The position numbers and the translations under genes were made by a program. DNA of 64,000 nt from Paecilomyces variotii (taxonomy: Eukaryota): the NCBI GenBank assembly GCA_004022145.1, contig RCNU01000002.1, one strand, 5' to 3'. This document shows positions 1-16,389 of this stretch, piece by piece. The notes beneath the pieces were generated by a model. The model was not told the origin of the DNA. It was given only the letters and a program-made list of their open reading frames with translations, and ran no database searches. Within the stretch, counting starts at the first letter, position 1, and the number at the start of each line of letters is the position of its first letter.

Positions 1-1002
1 CGAGTCTTCAACTTCGAGCTTGACTATGGATTTCCTAAGGCCCCTATTTGAGACTGCAGGGGATGGTCGATATGCTTCATCGTTCGAGTTAGACCTGGTC
101 TTCTTTGGGCGCCTGGATGTCCTGGAGGAGACTATGCTTTTTTCGTCGTCAGATATAGATACAGGCGTATTATGACGCATATTCCCTTCTGTGAGCTCTC
201 CTTCGGACCAGTCATCAGCTGTCTCTAGCCATGTACCAGGCACTAAACCTGGCTGACGACCAGTGAGTCTATTACGAGGGGTCTCATAACGATAGTCTCC
301 GTAAGACTTCATTCCTGCATCCTGCAATGAACTGTTATCCCCATTGCTATTATCAAATCTCAGCGTATGACGTTTTGAAAAGGTGTGATCAGATCCAGTA
401 TCACGTTTTCGCTTCCTCCTTGTCGTTGGCGAACTGGAAGATTCATCATCTGGCAAAGATCGTTCATGATGGCCTCCCAGAGCTGTGTGTCCATCTTCAC
501 ATATGCTTTCAGTCTTTACTGGAATATATCCTCTGCTTTCCGTCTCCCCTTTTTTATCCTTGATAGTAGGAGTAAGTAGGCTGTAGCTGCCGTTGTCTGG
601 GCTAGACTTTCGAGAAACAGATAAGTTGCCATTATCTGCAGCCACAGAGCGTTCGTGTACTGGGGCGATATACTGGATGTTTCCGTCCCCTTTCTGGCTA
701 GATGTCGCAGGTGTAAACAGCTGTGATGCTGCGCCATCATTTGTCGCTTTGGACTCGGGATCAGCCGTTTCTGAAGTAGCTGTGATGAGACCGTGATATT
801 TTCCTTCTAGCTCTTCTTCTTCGTCTTCTTTCTTGACATATAACCGCTCTGAAGCTCCAGACGTATCTAGTAGTAGATGATCTTCTGACTCCACAGAGTG
901 CTGTTGGGTCTCTTTGGATGCTGAGCTGCGTTCCCCAATGTGCCGCCCCCGAGGTGACCACAAAGCTGAGATAACACGATTAAGTTTGGGAAAGCGAAAC
1001 AT
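1..1002 (-). CDS. Partial uncharacterised protein (N-terminal 334 codons, runs off the left edge); low-complexity, charged, with KRKR-type basic patches
   Basis: Manual translation from ATG at 1002 (MFRFPKLNRVISALWSPRG...) stays open to position 1. Absent from the ORF track because the stop lies outside the window. No domain recognised. Confidence 0.7.
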   Translation of the reverse strand, partial: MFRFPKLNRVISALWSPRGRHIGERSSASKETQQHSVESEDHLLLDTSGASERLYVKKEDEEEELEGKYHGLITATSETADPESKATNDGAASQLFTPATSSQKGDGNIQYIAPVHERSVAADNGNLSVSRKSSPDNGSYSLLTPTIKDKKGETESRGYIPVKTESICEDGHTALGGHHERSLPDDESSSSPTTRRKRKRDTGSDHTFSKRHTLRFDNSNGDNSSLQDAGMKSYGDYRYETPRNRLTGRQPGLVPGTWLETADDWSEGELTEGNMRHNTPVSISDDEKSIVSSRTSRRPKKTRSNSNDEAYRPSPAVSNRGLRKSIVKLEVEDS

Positions 1003-2288
1003 TTGGTCAGTCAGTCAAAATATTGTCACTGGGATGATGCAAGAAATGCGTGATTCCGGCTGAGTCGCGACTTTGCCAGCAACAATGAATGCGAGGAAGA
1101 GGCGAAATTGTAGAATGAAGAGCTTAGGGAGTTCCGGGTGGGAGGGGCAATGAACTGACTTAACAGGGGGCGGGCAAAGAGAGACTTGGGCTTGAATCAA
1201 AACAAAGCGACGATGGACAAACTAGCTCTGATACCCAAGTTCATTGTTGTTGATAAAGTGGCTGCTCAGCGCTCACTGGAGCTCATTTCCAAATCTGACG
1301 GGCGGGCGCCGCAGCCCGATATGCTCCTCTCAAGATAGAGAGACGATTGCAGAAGAAATATGCGAATTACGATACATCTATTGCACATATTTAAAGAGGA
1401 CTTCGTTTCCGCTGGTGTCTCCTTGAGGTCTCCTATCCCAATCCATGTTTCGTCAGTACCTGAGACGATATCTGACACTTCGAAGTTCAAAATGGCTGAG
1501 TGTAGCTAGAAATTGATCCAAGCGCAAATTTCAAAGAAGAAAACTACCGGCTCAGAGTATTGTGACATAAGCTACAAAAGCTCTTAAACGAGTAGCTGTG
1601 AAGTGATAAGAGATTAGATTTCTTTCGTGAAAATGGAACAGAATTTTTTTTGGAAAAGCAACATTTGAAAGACACCAGCAGAACATATAAAGCATCACGT
1701 TCAGATTCAACCGAGTTGCGCGTGTCGCACCGAAAACAAGATCAGCAGTGAGCCTTGACGGGGACATAGAGGACTCGGACGGCTTTGTGACACTGTACTT
1801 AGCACGGTACCCGAAAATGAGACAGTAGTCCCGAGACCTCGTCCCACCAGGTCAATATAACAGCACCTGCTATCATCGCATTCCATCATTCAACCATACG
1901 TATCCCTATTTCATTGCTTATCACACCAAGAACAGAGATCCACAAGTGAGCATTACTGGGCGAGTGAAAATCAAGTATAGAAGCATTATTATAACGCCTC
2001 ACATCGAAGGTAGAATATCAAATATGAAGAACATAGCAGAAAGAGAAGGTATCCAACTTGCACATTCTACCTGCTCAAAGACCCTCGCGAGAAAAACATC
2101 CGCTATTAGTCGGGCCGACACCGGTTTGCAAAACTTTCATGGGTATGTTTAAGAACATTGCATAGGCAAAAAAAAGCTGCAACTGGGCAACACGATCAAC
2201 ACACGACAGTATTGTTGGAACGGAGCAGATTCAGGTTCGACCCAGACACAAACTGACACCGATCAAATATCGACTAGATTGCAATCGA

Positions 2289-5972
<3,684 letters not shown>

Positions 5973-5981
5973 GTTGGCGAA

Positions 5982-6326
5982 CTGTCAAATGAAAAACAGC
6001 CGACGGTGATAGAAACAAACAGGGTGTGTAGGTTTTAGAAGAAAGAAACCCCTCGAGTTCCGACAGGATCGAGGCTGGGGCAAAGACGATTAAGGAAGCG
6101 CCTCCCCTCTTTCGATGCAGGGTCGTAAGACGGCCACGAGTGATGAAACGATATGGCCGTGGGAGTTGGCCGTGAACGGGGGATGGCTTCCAAAGTCCGT
6201 TGTGGTGATGAGCTTCTTGAGATGATAGCCTACCCGACCTGCGATATACTGTAGACACTGCAAAGTCACTGGGAAGACGACGATCTCATCCCAGATGACC
6301 ACGTTCCGGAGTTCTGGATTGCTTAC
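5982..6326 (-). other. Probable 5'-UTR intron of pkcA
   Basis: On the minus strand, a GTAAGC donor at 6326 and a pyrimidine-rich ...TTTCATTTGACAG acceptor ending 9 nt before the ATG. Branch site not clear. Confidence 0.4.
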
Positions 6327-8688
6327 CGCCCGCAGGTCCGTCGTCAGGCAGGCAGTACCGGAGGGAACGGAGGTCGAAGGAGCGTGCGGTTAGCTCATGG
6401 ATCGGGGAGAGAATCTCGCGTTCGATCTGATAGAAAACGCGGGGAGAAGACAGGTGGAGGGGTTGACTTCTCGCGATGGCTGTTTGTGCCTAGTTCTTGT
6501 TTTGCGATAAAGAGGGGAATGAGAGCCGCAAGTGGATGGTGGGGATATGTATCGCTGTGGCGACAAGTGGGCACGGATTTGCACAACAGCCCGAGCAGAA
6601 CGGTCAATTATTATTGTTCACCCAGCACAGCAAAAACTCGTTGATTATTGAAGCTAAGTATTTGACACTGTCTCTGGAGAATCACAGAATCCCCTCGAGT
6701 TGCAACGTTCCCTCTACCCAGCTAGTTCATTCTTCCGGGCTACGCTCCTTCGAAAGCATAAAATCTCGCATTCTGGACACTTCGATTCTGCATTAATAGC
6801 CTAGCGGAATATTATAACTGACCGATCTACTGTTTATACCGGACAGTAGCTAACATTTGGTGCTTTCTAGCTACGGGACAACAAGAGAGATACATCGACT
6901 CGAGGAAAGACTCGCAGGCTTGCCTTATCCCTACCGCACGGGACATTCCGGAGTCCGATCCTCAGACCCGCATACTACAGTACAGAAACCGTGGAAAGGT
7001 TGGAGTCCCTAAACCCTCAAAAGGACATTGCAAGACGGCCTCTAAAAGCCCGCACCGCCACGATCTTCAGCTATGGCGTCTACATCCTCAAAATCTCCTC
7101 GTGTGTAGAGCGCGAAGAGCCACACACGGTTACTACTAGATTCAGATCATGTTCTTTAGTCTAGCACCGAAAGTGGAGTCGAGAGGGTGCGGTTGACGAT
7201 GTAACCCAGTCTATCCCACATATCAGCCGCGAGTAAGGCAAAGAAAAAAAGAGGGTCAATGGACTGAGAATATTCTCTTCAATTATTATTATTCATCTTG
7301 ATGGCGTAACTTCATTTCTCACTCTACCAGTAGATATAGTATGTACAATTCTTCTATGAACGCAGAAAACCCCTCGATAGTCAAATCATGACTATAACTA
7401 GCAACACTGTCGTCTCTCTACTTACATTGGGAGAGTCGACTCCTCCCTTCTCAACATTTTACAATCCTACGCCAACTGAAACAGACAGTGAACTTTGTCA
7501 AATGTAAACATCACCACTGATCCATTGTCCAAAGTGACGTAATTTCCCTGGCTTGAAATATCGGACAAGCGAAAGAGCAAGTCTTTTTTGTTGATTTTTC
7601 GAAGCGTCATTGTCTCGGAGAAGATCCAAAAAGGGAAACGGGACGTGGTTGAACTATGGTAAGACATCACATGACATTCGTTCTTCTCTCATTTTTTTTA
7701 TTTCGAAGAGAAAGTACCTTTTTTACATTATTATAGTCCTCAGTGGCTTGAGATCAAAGCTCGCGTGACACAGTGGCAGTTATCTCCTTTTGCAGCTTTA
7801 ATGATTCAAGGACAGACACCTTTTTCTTAATCAAACACGAATGTAATTTGAGAATGGTAGCGTTTCATCAGAAGATGGCGCAAACCCCTTTATGCACCGA
7901 TAAAATGCATATCAAAGAAGATGTATGTACTTAGAACGCCTACTCTAAATTTAGGTCACGTTTAGCCATTGTCAACTGCAGGAACTTCAAGATGGAATGT
8001 GATATGCGGTAAAGATATTCGGTCCTACCCACCGTTCTCTGTCAAATACTTTTGTCATTCTAGTAAAAGAAAATAGAATTTGAGGCGAGGTTTGTGAGGT
8101 AATTTCGTGTAATGTTGTAAGTTTCGAGCCTGGTCCTCGATAGGTCGGTGAGTACGGAGTTGTTGATCGAAGCATGTGCAGAAACATGGGAAAATAAATC
8201 CAAGTTCGTCGCCTCAAGTGAATGACCGCAGTTTGTGCTCACATATTATCTGGTTCTACATTATGGTCGTGGTGACAGGAGTACTCCCGAAATGGAACAT
8301 GGAATATAGAAACTATCAGAGCTAGTTGGAATCTACGTGATAACCATGTGTAATTGCGAAGAGAGAGAAAAATAAAAATAAAATAAAAAAAACACTCATC
8401 ATTAGGGAAACTCCCAAGTCTATCTAAATTCTAAATGGTATCTATAGTCGCAAGCTTCTAATCTAGGAATAAAGTCCTTCTTTTTCCATTCCGCATAGAC
8501 TCAATACCTCTGTTAACGCCGTCATAAACCCATCTATACTGGGAATCACAAGGCCAGCTCAGCTGATATCATCCTTGTAAATGAGAAACTTCTATAAGAG
8601 CCAAAGCCACAACTCCCATAAATTTTCTCCTCATAGTAGAATTGCTTGGTAAGAAGCATAACTGCAACGCTTCTGAAGTCGAAGTGCA

Positions 8689-10185
8689 TTACTCGGACCT
8701 CTTGGGAAGCCGAGGCAAGCACACCCAACCGACCACCATAACACCATACAAGCCGATGCAGATGGGGTGCAAGACAAAAGTCCCAGCGCGCTGAGCGAGC
8801 AGACCGGTCAAGAAAGGTGCCACTGCTCCACCACTGCTCCCCATCGCACTGATGAAACTCAAACTGGACATCTGGATATTGCGAGGAAGGAGACTGCTGA
8901 AGACAGCAGTCGCACAGGGATAGATGGGACCCAAAAGCAACCCCAGGATAGCAACGGTTACGGCCTCGCCAATGACGTTGGGGATCAGCCATGTCATCAA
9001 CTGAAACGCAACTGAGCCAGCAACGAGCACCACGACGGCAAGTTTCCTTCCGATGCGTTGCGCCGGGTGCGACAGCAGAAAACGGCCAAGGGTGATACCC
9101 GCCCAAAAACCAGCACTGACATATCCGACCTTGGAGGGATCCCCCTTGCGATAGCTGATAAGAAAAGACACGACCCAGCCGGACGTCGAAACTTCGGCGC
9201 CCTGGTAAGCGAAGATGAACAAGGCGCCCAGGAGGGTCACCTTGCTTTTCACAGCCTGCTTCAGCAGGCCCTTCTTGCTGGTACCTTCTTCTTCTTCTGT
9301 CGTCTCTTGGCGGGATGCCGTTTTCTGAAGCGCTGTTATGAGCCGCACGGATGATTCCTTCTCATAGCCTTTAAAGGCCCAGGCCGAGAAAACAAGATTA
9401 AACAGTGCGGTCGCCAAGTTGAGAACATAGTAAAAGGACCATCGGACACCATGTGAAGCAATGGCAGTTGCGACCAGGGGTCCTATCACACCTCCAATAC
9501 CATAACTTCCATGCATGCCACCAAGCGCAGCGGTGCTGTTGGAAAGGTTGGCGCAGAAGACATTGCCCAGGGCAAGGTTGATAGCCATCCCGAAACCTAG
9601 GAGAAAGAAGCTTGCCACGATCGCCGGGAAAGGCGGCTTGCATATAATGATCACATATGCAGTTGCAAGCAGTGAGAGCGATAGAATGAAACATCTCGAG
9701 CGGCCCAACTTAGACTCAAGCGCATGGGTGAAAGGCGCCGCGATAATGAAGCCGATTGCATTGGTGACAAAAATCAGGGACACGATAGCATATCCGATGT
9801 TGTAATCTTTTTCAATATAGGGAATAAGCGCACCAGGAGCACTGTCGTTCAGCCCGTTGGCGAAGTTGATGAAGCATACGCTCAACAGCCTCCATTTGTT
9901 TCTTGGTGGATTAAATATGCTCTGGACCAAGTCCACGGCTCCCTTCCCTGTTGGAGTAGACGGGTTACTCGATTCCAACTCACTAGGAGTCAGAGGCGTG
10001 TGAGCACCTTGAACAGTGACAGTGGGCCCCTTCATAGGCTTTCCCCATTGCATTTGATCCAGTTCATGGTCGGAAGGTGTACTGGCAATACCCTGCTTGT
10101 CTTTGCGGACAACAGCTGCTGGATTCGTGATGCTGGGAGTTTTCTCCAGCTCGATTAAGGCACCTAGGCCAGTGTATGATGACAT
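8689..10185 (-). CDS. Major facilitator superfamily transporter (fucose-permease/BSC6-like), intronless
   Basis: About 12 hydrophobic segments, motifs GLNDSAPGALIPYIE and YQGAEVSTSGWVVSFL. First ATG at 10185 (MSSYTGLG). Confidence 0.9.
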   Translation of the reverse strand: MSSYTGLGALIELEKTPSITNPAAVVRKDKQGIASTPSDHELDQMQWGKPMKGPTVTVQGAHTPLTPSELESSNPSTPTGKGAVDLVQSIFNPPRNKWRLLSVCFINFANGLNDSAPGALIPYIEKDYNIGYAIVSLIFVTNAIGFIIAAPFTHALESKLGRSRCFILSLSLLATAYVIIICKPPFPAIVASFFLLGFGMAINLALGNVFCANLSNSTAALGGMHGSYGIGGVIGPLVATAIASHGVRWSFYYVLNLATALFNLVFSAWAFKGYEKESSVRLITALQKTASRQETTEEEEGTSKKGLLKQAVKSKVTLLGALFIFAYQGAEVSTSGWVVSFLISYRKGDPSKVGYVSAGFWAGITLGRFLLSHPAQRIGRKLAVVVLVAGSVAFQLMTWLIPNVIGEAVTVAILGLLLGPIYPCATAVFSSLLPRNIQMSSLSFISAMGSSGGAVAPFLTGLLAQRAGTFVLHPICIGLYGVMVVGWVCLPRLPKRSE

Positions 10186-10833
10186 TTTTTGGCGGTGGTA
10201 ACTGATAAAATAGAAATCATTAAACACTAATGAATAGTAACGGTCGTTAACGACAGGACATCCCTAGGCCATAGGAGCTATCGGGTTCGAGAAAGGACAG
10301 ATGAACCATGAATGTCCAAAAAGACACGGCGACAGGACATCTCGTCCATATAAAATTAGGGTTGGAAAATGGATTCCGACATCCCAAGCAAAGCTGGCCA
10401 GGGACACTTGCATTTCCGATGGAAGAAATGGCCCAGAACGTCGGTGGAGACCAAGAAAGAGTTGTCACTGGAAATCAGCATCTTACGGTGTGTTATCGGC
10501 TTGGTCAGACGACTTAAGCTCCCCCACTAGGGCTCTCTAGTCTAGAAAGAAGTTCTGACGAGCTGCATCTAAGAGATTTGCAGAGAGCGTGGAAATTCGA
10601 TTTCTTCATCCAAGGTGTTCGTGGTGCACGTGAAGAGACGGCGGGACGTTGAGCGCCACAATGATTGACACAAGCGCCACGGCCAGAACAAAACTAAAAA
10701 TTCGCTAGCTCCAGAGACTATGTTCCTGTCTCGCCTGCCAGCAAATCATAGAAATAAATTCCGAAGTGTGCAGCAGTCTGCGACTCGAATTCCGAATTTC
10801 TGATAGAGATCAGCCTGTGCAGCATCGTGCGCA

Positions 10834-11319
10834 ATGGGACCGCCAAAACGGAGAGTGCTCGCCACGGCCGAGGAGACCTTGACTCCTCCCGACAATTTGG
10901 CCGAAGGACAGGCGATTGCTCGGGTCATTAAGGCCACCGGCAATAATATCTACTTGGTAGAGCTGCCCTCTAAAACCACTATTTTGGTAGAACTGCCGGC
11001 TCGGTTCCGATCCACCATCTGGATGAAGCGTGGATCATATGTCCTCGTCGACACCAGGGCTCTCGAGGATCGAGACAACAAACTCGCTGGTGAAATCATC
11101 AACGTCGTGGGGGACGAAAAAGCCTGGCGGAAAGCGCCTTACTGGTGCGTTGTGGGATTCACCCATACACCTACATAAGCTGAAGTCCGGGGCCATTGTT
11201 ACTAATTTCTCTTCAGGCCAAAAGAATTTGTCAAGCAATCTCTGTTGCCAACCGAAGACGATGATGAGGAGGAATCGACGGTGGGAAAGTTGCCACCTTC
11301 AGACGAGTCGGATGCCTGA
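10834..11319 (+). CDS. eIF1A-domain (S1-like OB fold) RNA-binding protein, EIF1AD-like; intron 11145-11216
   Basis: ARVIKATGNNIYLVE...LVELPARFRSTIWMKRGSYVLV...KLAGEI. The spliced end reads YWPKEF...LPPSDESDA*. Confidence 0.88.
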
Positions 11320-11497
11320 TGTCTCTGCACGGTCTTTTTAGTATGGCGTTCAGAGGACTGTGCGAGTACATGACGTGCGGTTCCTCTTTTATGAGTACCC
11401 TTTTCTGGAATTCTTATTCAAATGAGCAAGCATGAAATGATGTTCATCGGCATCTTTGAAACCATTAAAAGCATGCATAATAATATGCCAATTGCTA

Positions 11498-12891
11498 TTA
11501 TTGCGGATGCTGCTTTACGCTCTGGTTGTTCTCTAAGCGTCTTTCACCCAGAATATCCCTAGCGTTCACCAAGACACCGAATACTTGGATGCCCAAGGAT
11601 AAAACAACGATAAGTGAGCTTGCGGTTGTGCTGGGGTAGACGTTCCACGCCCATTCTTGTAGGAACCATAGCCCATATATAAGGACGGGATGGAACCTCG
11701 ATTTCCAGAGAAGGAAGGGAGTCGCCCAGGAAAGATAGGCAAAGAACTGGTAATGAAGAGATCTCGCGCAAAGCAAACCGATTACCATAGATGCCAACAT
11801 TGTCGTGCCTATGAACGAATCCGTGAGTATGATGGTCCGCTGCGTGCCGTTGAGCAGATTCCGACTAAATCCCGGTAAATTTGAACCAGATGGTTTTACC
11901 CATCGTACGGCCACAAAGATAGCCAGTAATAAGGCGTGTACAATGAGTAGAGCCAGTGAGAATTGCTTCGAGAGGAACATATCCTCACCGACGAACCTCC
12001 AATTCACCGTCCATCGGAAAAGAAACTGGCGAGTCAGTTCGAAAGCGCGTGACAAGTATGAAACAGTGTTCACATGAAGGAATGGCACTGCCAGAAGAAC
12101 CTATTTCTCTGTTAGTACGAGGGCCTTAGAGAACATACCAGCCAGTTTCTGGACTATGGCTGCCTTACCTGGACCAAGATAGAAACTATTGCCAGACGAA
12201 TGCCCCGGCCCATGCCTCCACTAAGGGCTATAATCACGGCAACCGCCGGAGCAAGCAACAACAATGTCATCTTGACAGCCACTCCACTTGTCCACACAAT
12301 TACCCCTGCCAACCATTTCCGCTTCTGGAAGAGGAGAATTGTGCTCCACATCGCCAGTGCTGCAAAACAGTCGTTGAATAGTCGCAACACGAAGACGCTG
12401 TGCAATCTTTTGGAAAGCACTAGAAGCGGGAAAAGATAGGGCGGAGCGCCTGAGCGCCTGTAGCAAGCCATGACAATCGCTAGAGTTACCAGGTAGAGCA
12501 CGGCGAACAAGATCTGGCCAAAGAAGATGTCGCGACCTTCATCCGTCACATGGTAAAGCAAGCTGTATATGTAGACATGGGCAGCAGGATACACCAGCGG
12601 TCCGGTAGAGCCTTTGATCAGAGCATAGTCGCGTTCGCCAGAGAGGAACAAAGAAACTTGTTGCATATACGTCGTCCAGTCAATTTCTGTGTCTGTATCG
12701 AAGCGAAGTCAGTAAGTCAATTGCGCCGCGACTGTATTACCGTAGAGGACAGGTATGTCTTAGTACTCACATGGGATTTTCCAGATGATGAGAGCGCATA
12801 GGAATGCATCCGCGACCAGCAGCAGAGGGGCGACCCATCTTGTATGCTTCGGGTTCCTGGCAATGTCGCAGGCGCATCGATAGAGGTCCAT
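11498..12891 (-). CDS. ALG3: Dol-P-Man:Man5GlcNAc2-PP-Dol alpha-1,3-mannosyltransferase; 2 introns
   Basis: [14 protein letters not shown] (spliced), [50 protein letters not shown] and [10 protein letters not shown] are ALG3 motifs. Confidence 0.95.
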
Positions 12892-13910
12892 GGCTGCGAG
12901 TGTCCATGGAGCTCTGGCGTTCCAGCCTCAAGAAGCTTGTTGTCCCCGGACTGCGGCCCGAGAGCCCGGAGGAACACCCGGAACTCGCTCTCCGCGTATC
13001 TACTTAGCGTGGCTCTCTTATTTCCGGTTTAGCGTTGGGGATCACCACGCCGAAGAATCTCCAATACAATACATAGTCCTCAGATCGAGCCAGAGTCCCA
13101 CCGTAGAGAAAGCCTTGAAAGTAAGGGCGTTTTAAGATCCGCTCTCAGGAACGTGTGAGGGCGGAACTACGCTAGGATACGCGAACATTCCAGACGAAGC
13201 GATCTTGTCGAGATGTATGTAAGATAACTATCAATTAGTTACTAGATATTGTATCCCTGCCAGGAGGGAAATCATTGCGTATCACATCTATACAAAAACA
13301 GCCTGTATTATATACACCAAAGCGTACCTGAATTCGCCAATGGCATTGTACTGTATACAATCAGAGAGAGAATCAGATTGTCTATATTCCGAACAGAACT
13401 CTGCTTCGCCCCTCAAAGTCACTACCTAGGTATATATAAGCCGCTAACCTCCAGGATGTAGCTGTTGCTAAACTGGACAATCTGCCTCCGTTCTCCTTTT
13501 TCTTGATCTGAGCAATCGTCTTTGTCGAACAGTATTAGGTTGGTGCCCCCGTGTACTGCCGAGTAGACTGGAACGATGTTGTGGCATTAAGAATTCTCAA
13601 CTCCGGGTGATATGATGCCTATCAGCGACGTGGTCCATTCTAATAATCGTACATTGTGCATCGTTTATATAAACACAGGCCCATCCGCTTAGCCTTCCTC
13701 TAATGCGTAGACTCTTATCCAGCAGCCGATTTTTCGAGAAAAAAGAAATATGTGAATATTGAAAAACAGTCACCGTGAAAGTTAGATATGCGTATAAAGA
13801 GACGAGAGTATTTTGCGTTTCGCCATGGGTATGAGGGCGTAACGCCGCTCTAGTTGGCAGCCACCAGCCGAAGCCAGCTCAAATCGTAGAACCTCACATA
13901 TACCGCCCCG

Positions 13911-14300
13911 TTATTCCTTTCCTCGAGATGTAAAGCCGAGTATCTCTCCCACTATTCCACCGGGCTTTGGGACTGGGCATTCTCGTCCAACTTTCTCTAG
14001 CCTGGCTGCTTCCTCTTCCATCTGCAGGAAGGTCGAGACTTCATCGTCTGTGGCCGGCAACTGTTGACTGGAGACGGTGCTGCCTAGCTGAGAAGTTTCC
14101 AATTCTCTTCGTCTCCTCCTCCGAACTCTCTGAATCTGTTGTCCATCCGCTGTGACCATCATTTCGGAATCCGCGAGTGTCCGGTGGGGTGCCGGGCACG
14201 GAAAGAGGTGAGGCAAGCCAACGACGAAGAATGAAGCGAGAAGCGTCGCGGCGAAGAGGGAGGATGTTGTCCGCGATCGCGGATGCAGGTGAGGAGTCAT
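13911..14300 (-). CDS. Small conserved fungal protein, probably cytochrome c oxidase assembly factor 2 (Coa2)-like
   Basis: MTPHLHPRSRTTSSLFAATLLASFFVVGLPHLFPCPAP N-terminus and RECPVPKPGG C-terminus match a family I recall in Pezizomycotina. The Coa2 label is from memory only. Confidence 0.6.
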   Translation of the reverse strand: MTPHLHPRSRTTSSLFAATLLASFFVVGLPHLFPCPAPHRTLADSEMMVTADGQQIQRVRRRRRRELETSQLGSTVSSQQLPATDDEVSTFLQMEEEAARLEKVGRECPVPKPGGIVGEILGFTSRGKE

Positions 14301-14924
14301 TTCTGCGGTGGCAGCGAGGCAATGCCTTCAGATGGCGTCGTTCCGGATAATCATGGAAAAAAGAGCGCGCAGCAAGGCCTGATGATTTTCTGTCAGAAAT
14401 TGCGGCTTCCCACGGGGCATTCAGGCGTAGGAAGCATACGTGATCGAATGAAAGGCGTCCAACGACAATTAAACCGCAGACATAGTGCTCAATTGGCCTG
14501 GTCGAGAATGGATGGCACCGACGATCGTCTGATGTTCTTGAGCCCGCGCGGTCCTTGTCCGGCGCAGTGGAAAGAGCCCGTCACGGGATTTGGGAAGCCT
14601 GGGAGATCTAATCTTATCTATCTGATGCGCTATTGGTGGGCCCCTCGCATGCTGTCTTGTCCTGCGGAGCTGCGAGCGCGACCGCGCCACCTCAGACAGT
14701 TGTCACGGCTGCAATGTTCCATCAGAACTCCTGCAACCTTGGTATCAGATCTGAAAACTGAAGATGATTCTTTTACAAAGATAGGATTCCTCCACCTCTC
14801 ATCCTCAGTTGGGCTGCATAGGCGACAGCGTCACAAGGATCTGCCGCGTCGGTCGTACGTCCGCCTGCTCAAATCCAACCCCATATTATCATCTTGAACA
14901 GCGCGCCCGGTTGCAACACACATA

Positions 14925-16389
14925 ATGAGCGATCTTGACAGGTAGTTACTCTCTATGTGTCTATGATAGCGCGCCTGAGCTGACTATTATCCTTCAAGGG
15001 CGATCGCGCAGCTACGCGCTTGCCGACCAATTCCCGAGGCGCAAGTGAGGGAACTTTGCTATAAGGCGCGAGAACTTCTAATTGAAGAAGGGAATGTGGT
15101 TTCAGTGGATGCACCAGTTACGATATGCGGTGACATCCACGGCCAATTTCATGATTTGATGGAGCTCTTTAGGGTCGGTGGAGACGTTCCTGACACGAAT
15201 TATCTCTTCATGGGCGACTTCGTCGACCGTGGGTTTTACTCTCTCGAATCCTTTCTCCTCCTCCTTTGTCTGAAAGTGCGCTATCCCGACCGTATAACCC
15301 TTATTCGTGGGAATCATGAATCGCGTCAGATCACGACCGTGTACGGCTTTTACGATGAGTGTATTCGCAAGTACGGAAGCGCCAATGTATGGCGATACTG
15401 TTGCGAGGTCTTTGACTACCTAGCGTTGGGAGCGTTGGTGCTCGGAGCCAGCTCGGAGCTGGAGCCCACTGGAACCAACATAAACGAGGCGACACAATCG
15501 ACCATGCCCATCGACGACGGAGAACTGGAGACCGAGGTGCTGAATTCGAAAGGGGAAGTCACAATGGCAACCTATCGAAGACGGCAGAGAGCATCATCCG
15601 ATGCATCCAATGATTCGCGAAATATCTCGCCCCCGAGAGACATATCAGCAGCTCCTGGAGATACGCCCGCACGAACTGGTGCTCCGGGCACAGGAGCGAC
15701 AGGAAGCAGTCTGGGCAGTTTCTCTAGCAGCACCGGAGCCGTTCTCTGCGTCCACGGAGGCCTCTCTCCTCTTGTCGACAGCGTCGACAAGATCCGCCTC
15801 ATCGATAGAAAGCAAGAAGTTCCTCACGAAGGCGCTATGTGTGATCTCTTATGGTCTGATCCGGACGAGATCGAAGGCTGGGGCCTGAGCCCCCGCGGTG
15901 CTGGATTCTTATTTGGCGGTGACATTGTCAAGCATTTCAACTACAAGAACGACCTCTCGCTCATAGCTCGAGCCCACCAGCTCGTGATGGAAGGATACAA
16001 GGAAATGTTCGACGGCGGAATCGTGACCGTCTGGTCAGCGCCCAATTACTGCTATCGGTGCGGAAACGTGGCCGCCATCTTAGAACTGGGCGAAGATGCA
16101 AGCAACGGCGGTACAATCGCGAGGAGTAACGGAGATTACGGCCGCAGTACAGGCATATTGAGACCGGAAGGCATGGATAAACGAATAGTCGGTCCCGGGA
16201 GGAGATACAGGGTCTTCGAAGCAGCCGCTCAAGACACCAGAGGCATGCCCGCGAAGAAGCCCGTCGCCGATTATTTCTTGGTAAGTTCACTGGCCTTCAT
16301 TTTTCATCTCTCACGCACGCTCTCCCTTGCTGCCTGTACAACATTTTACATTTAACGACCAACCCGCTAACTATCCACCTCACCAGTGA
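14925..16389 (+). CDS. pph3: Ser/Thr protein phosphatase 4 (PP4/PP-X) catalytic subunit; introns 14942-14998 and 16281-16386
   Basis: [30 protein letters not shown] and [11 protein letters not shown] motifs. The MSDLDRAIAQL start and KKPVADYFL end are PP4-type. Confidence 0.9.
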
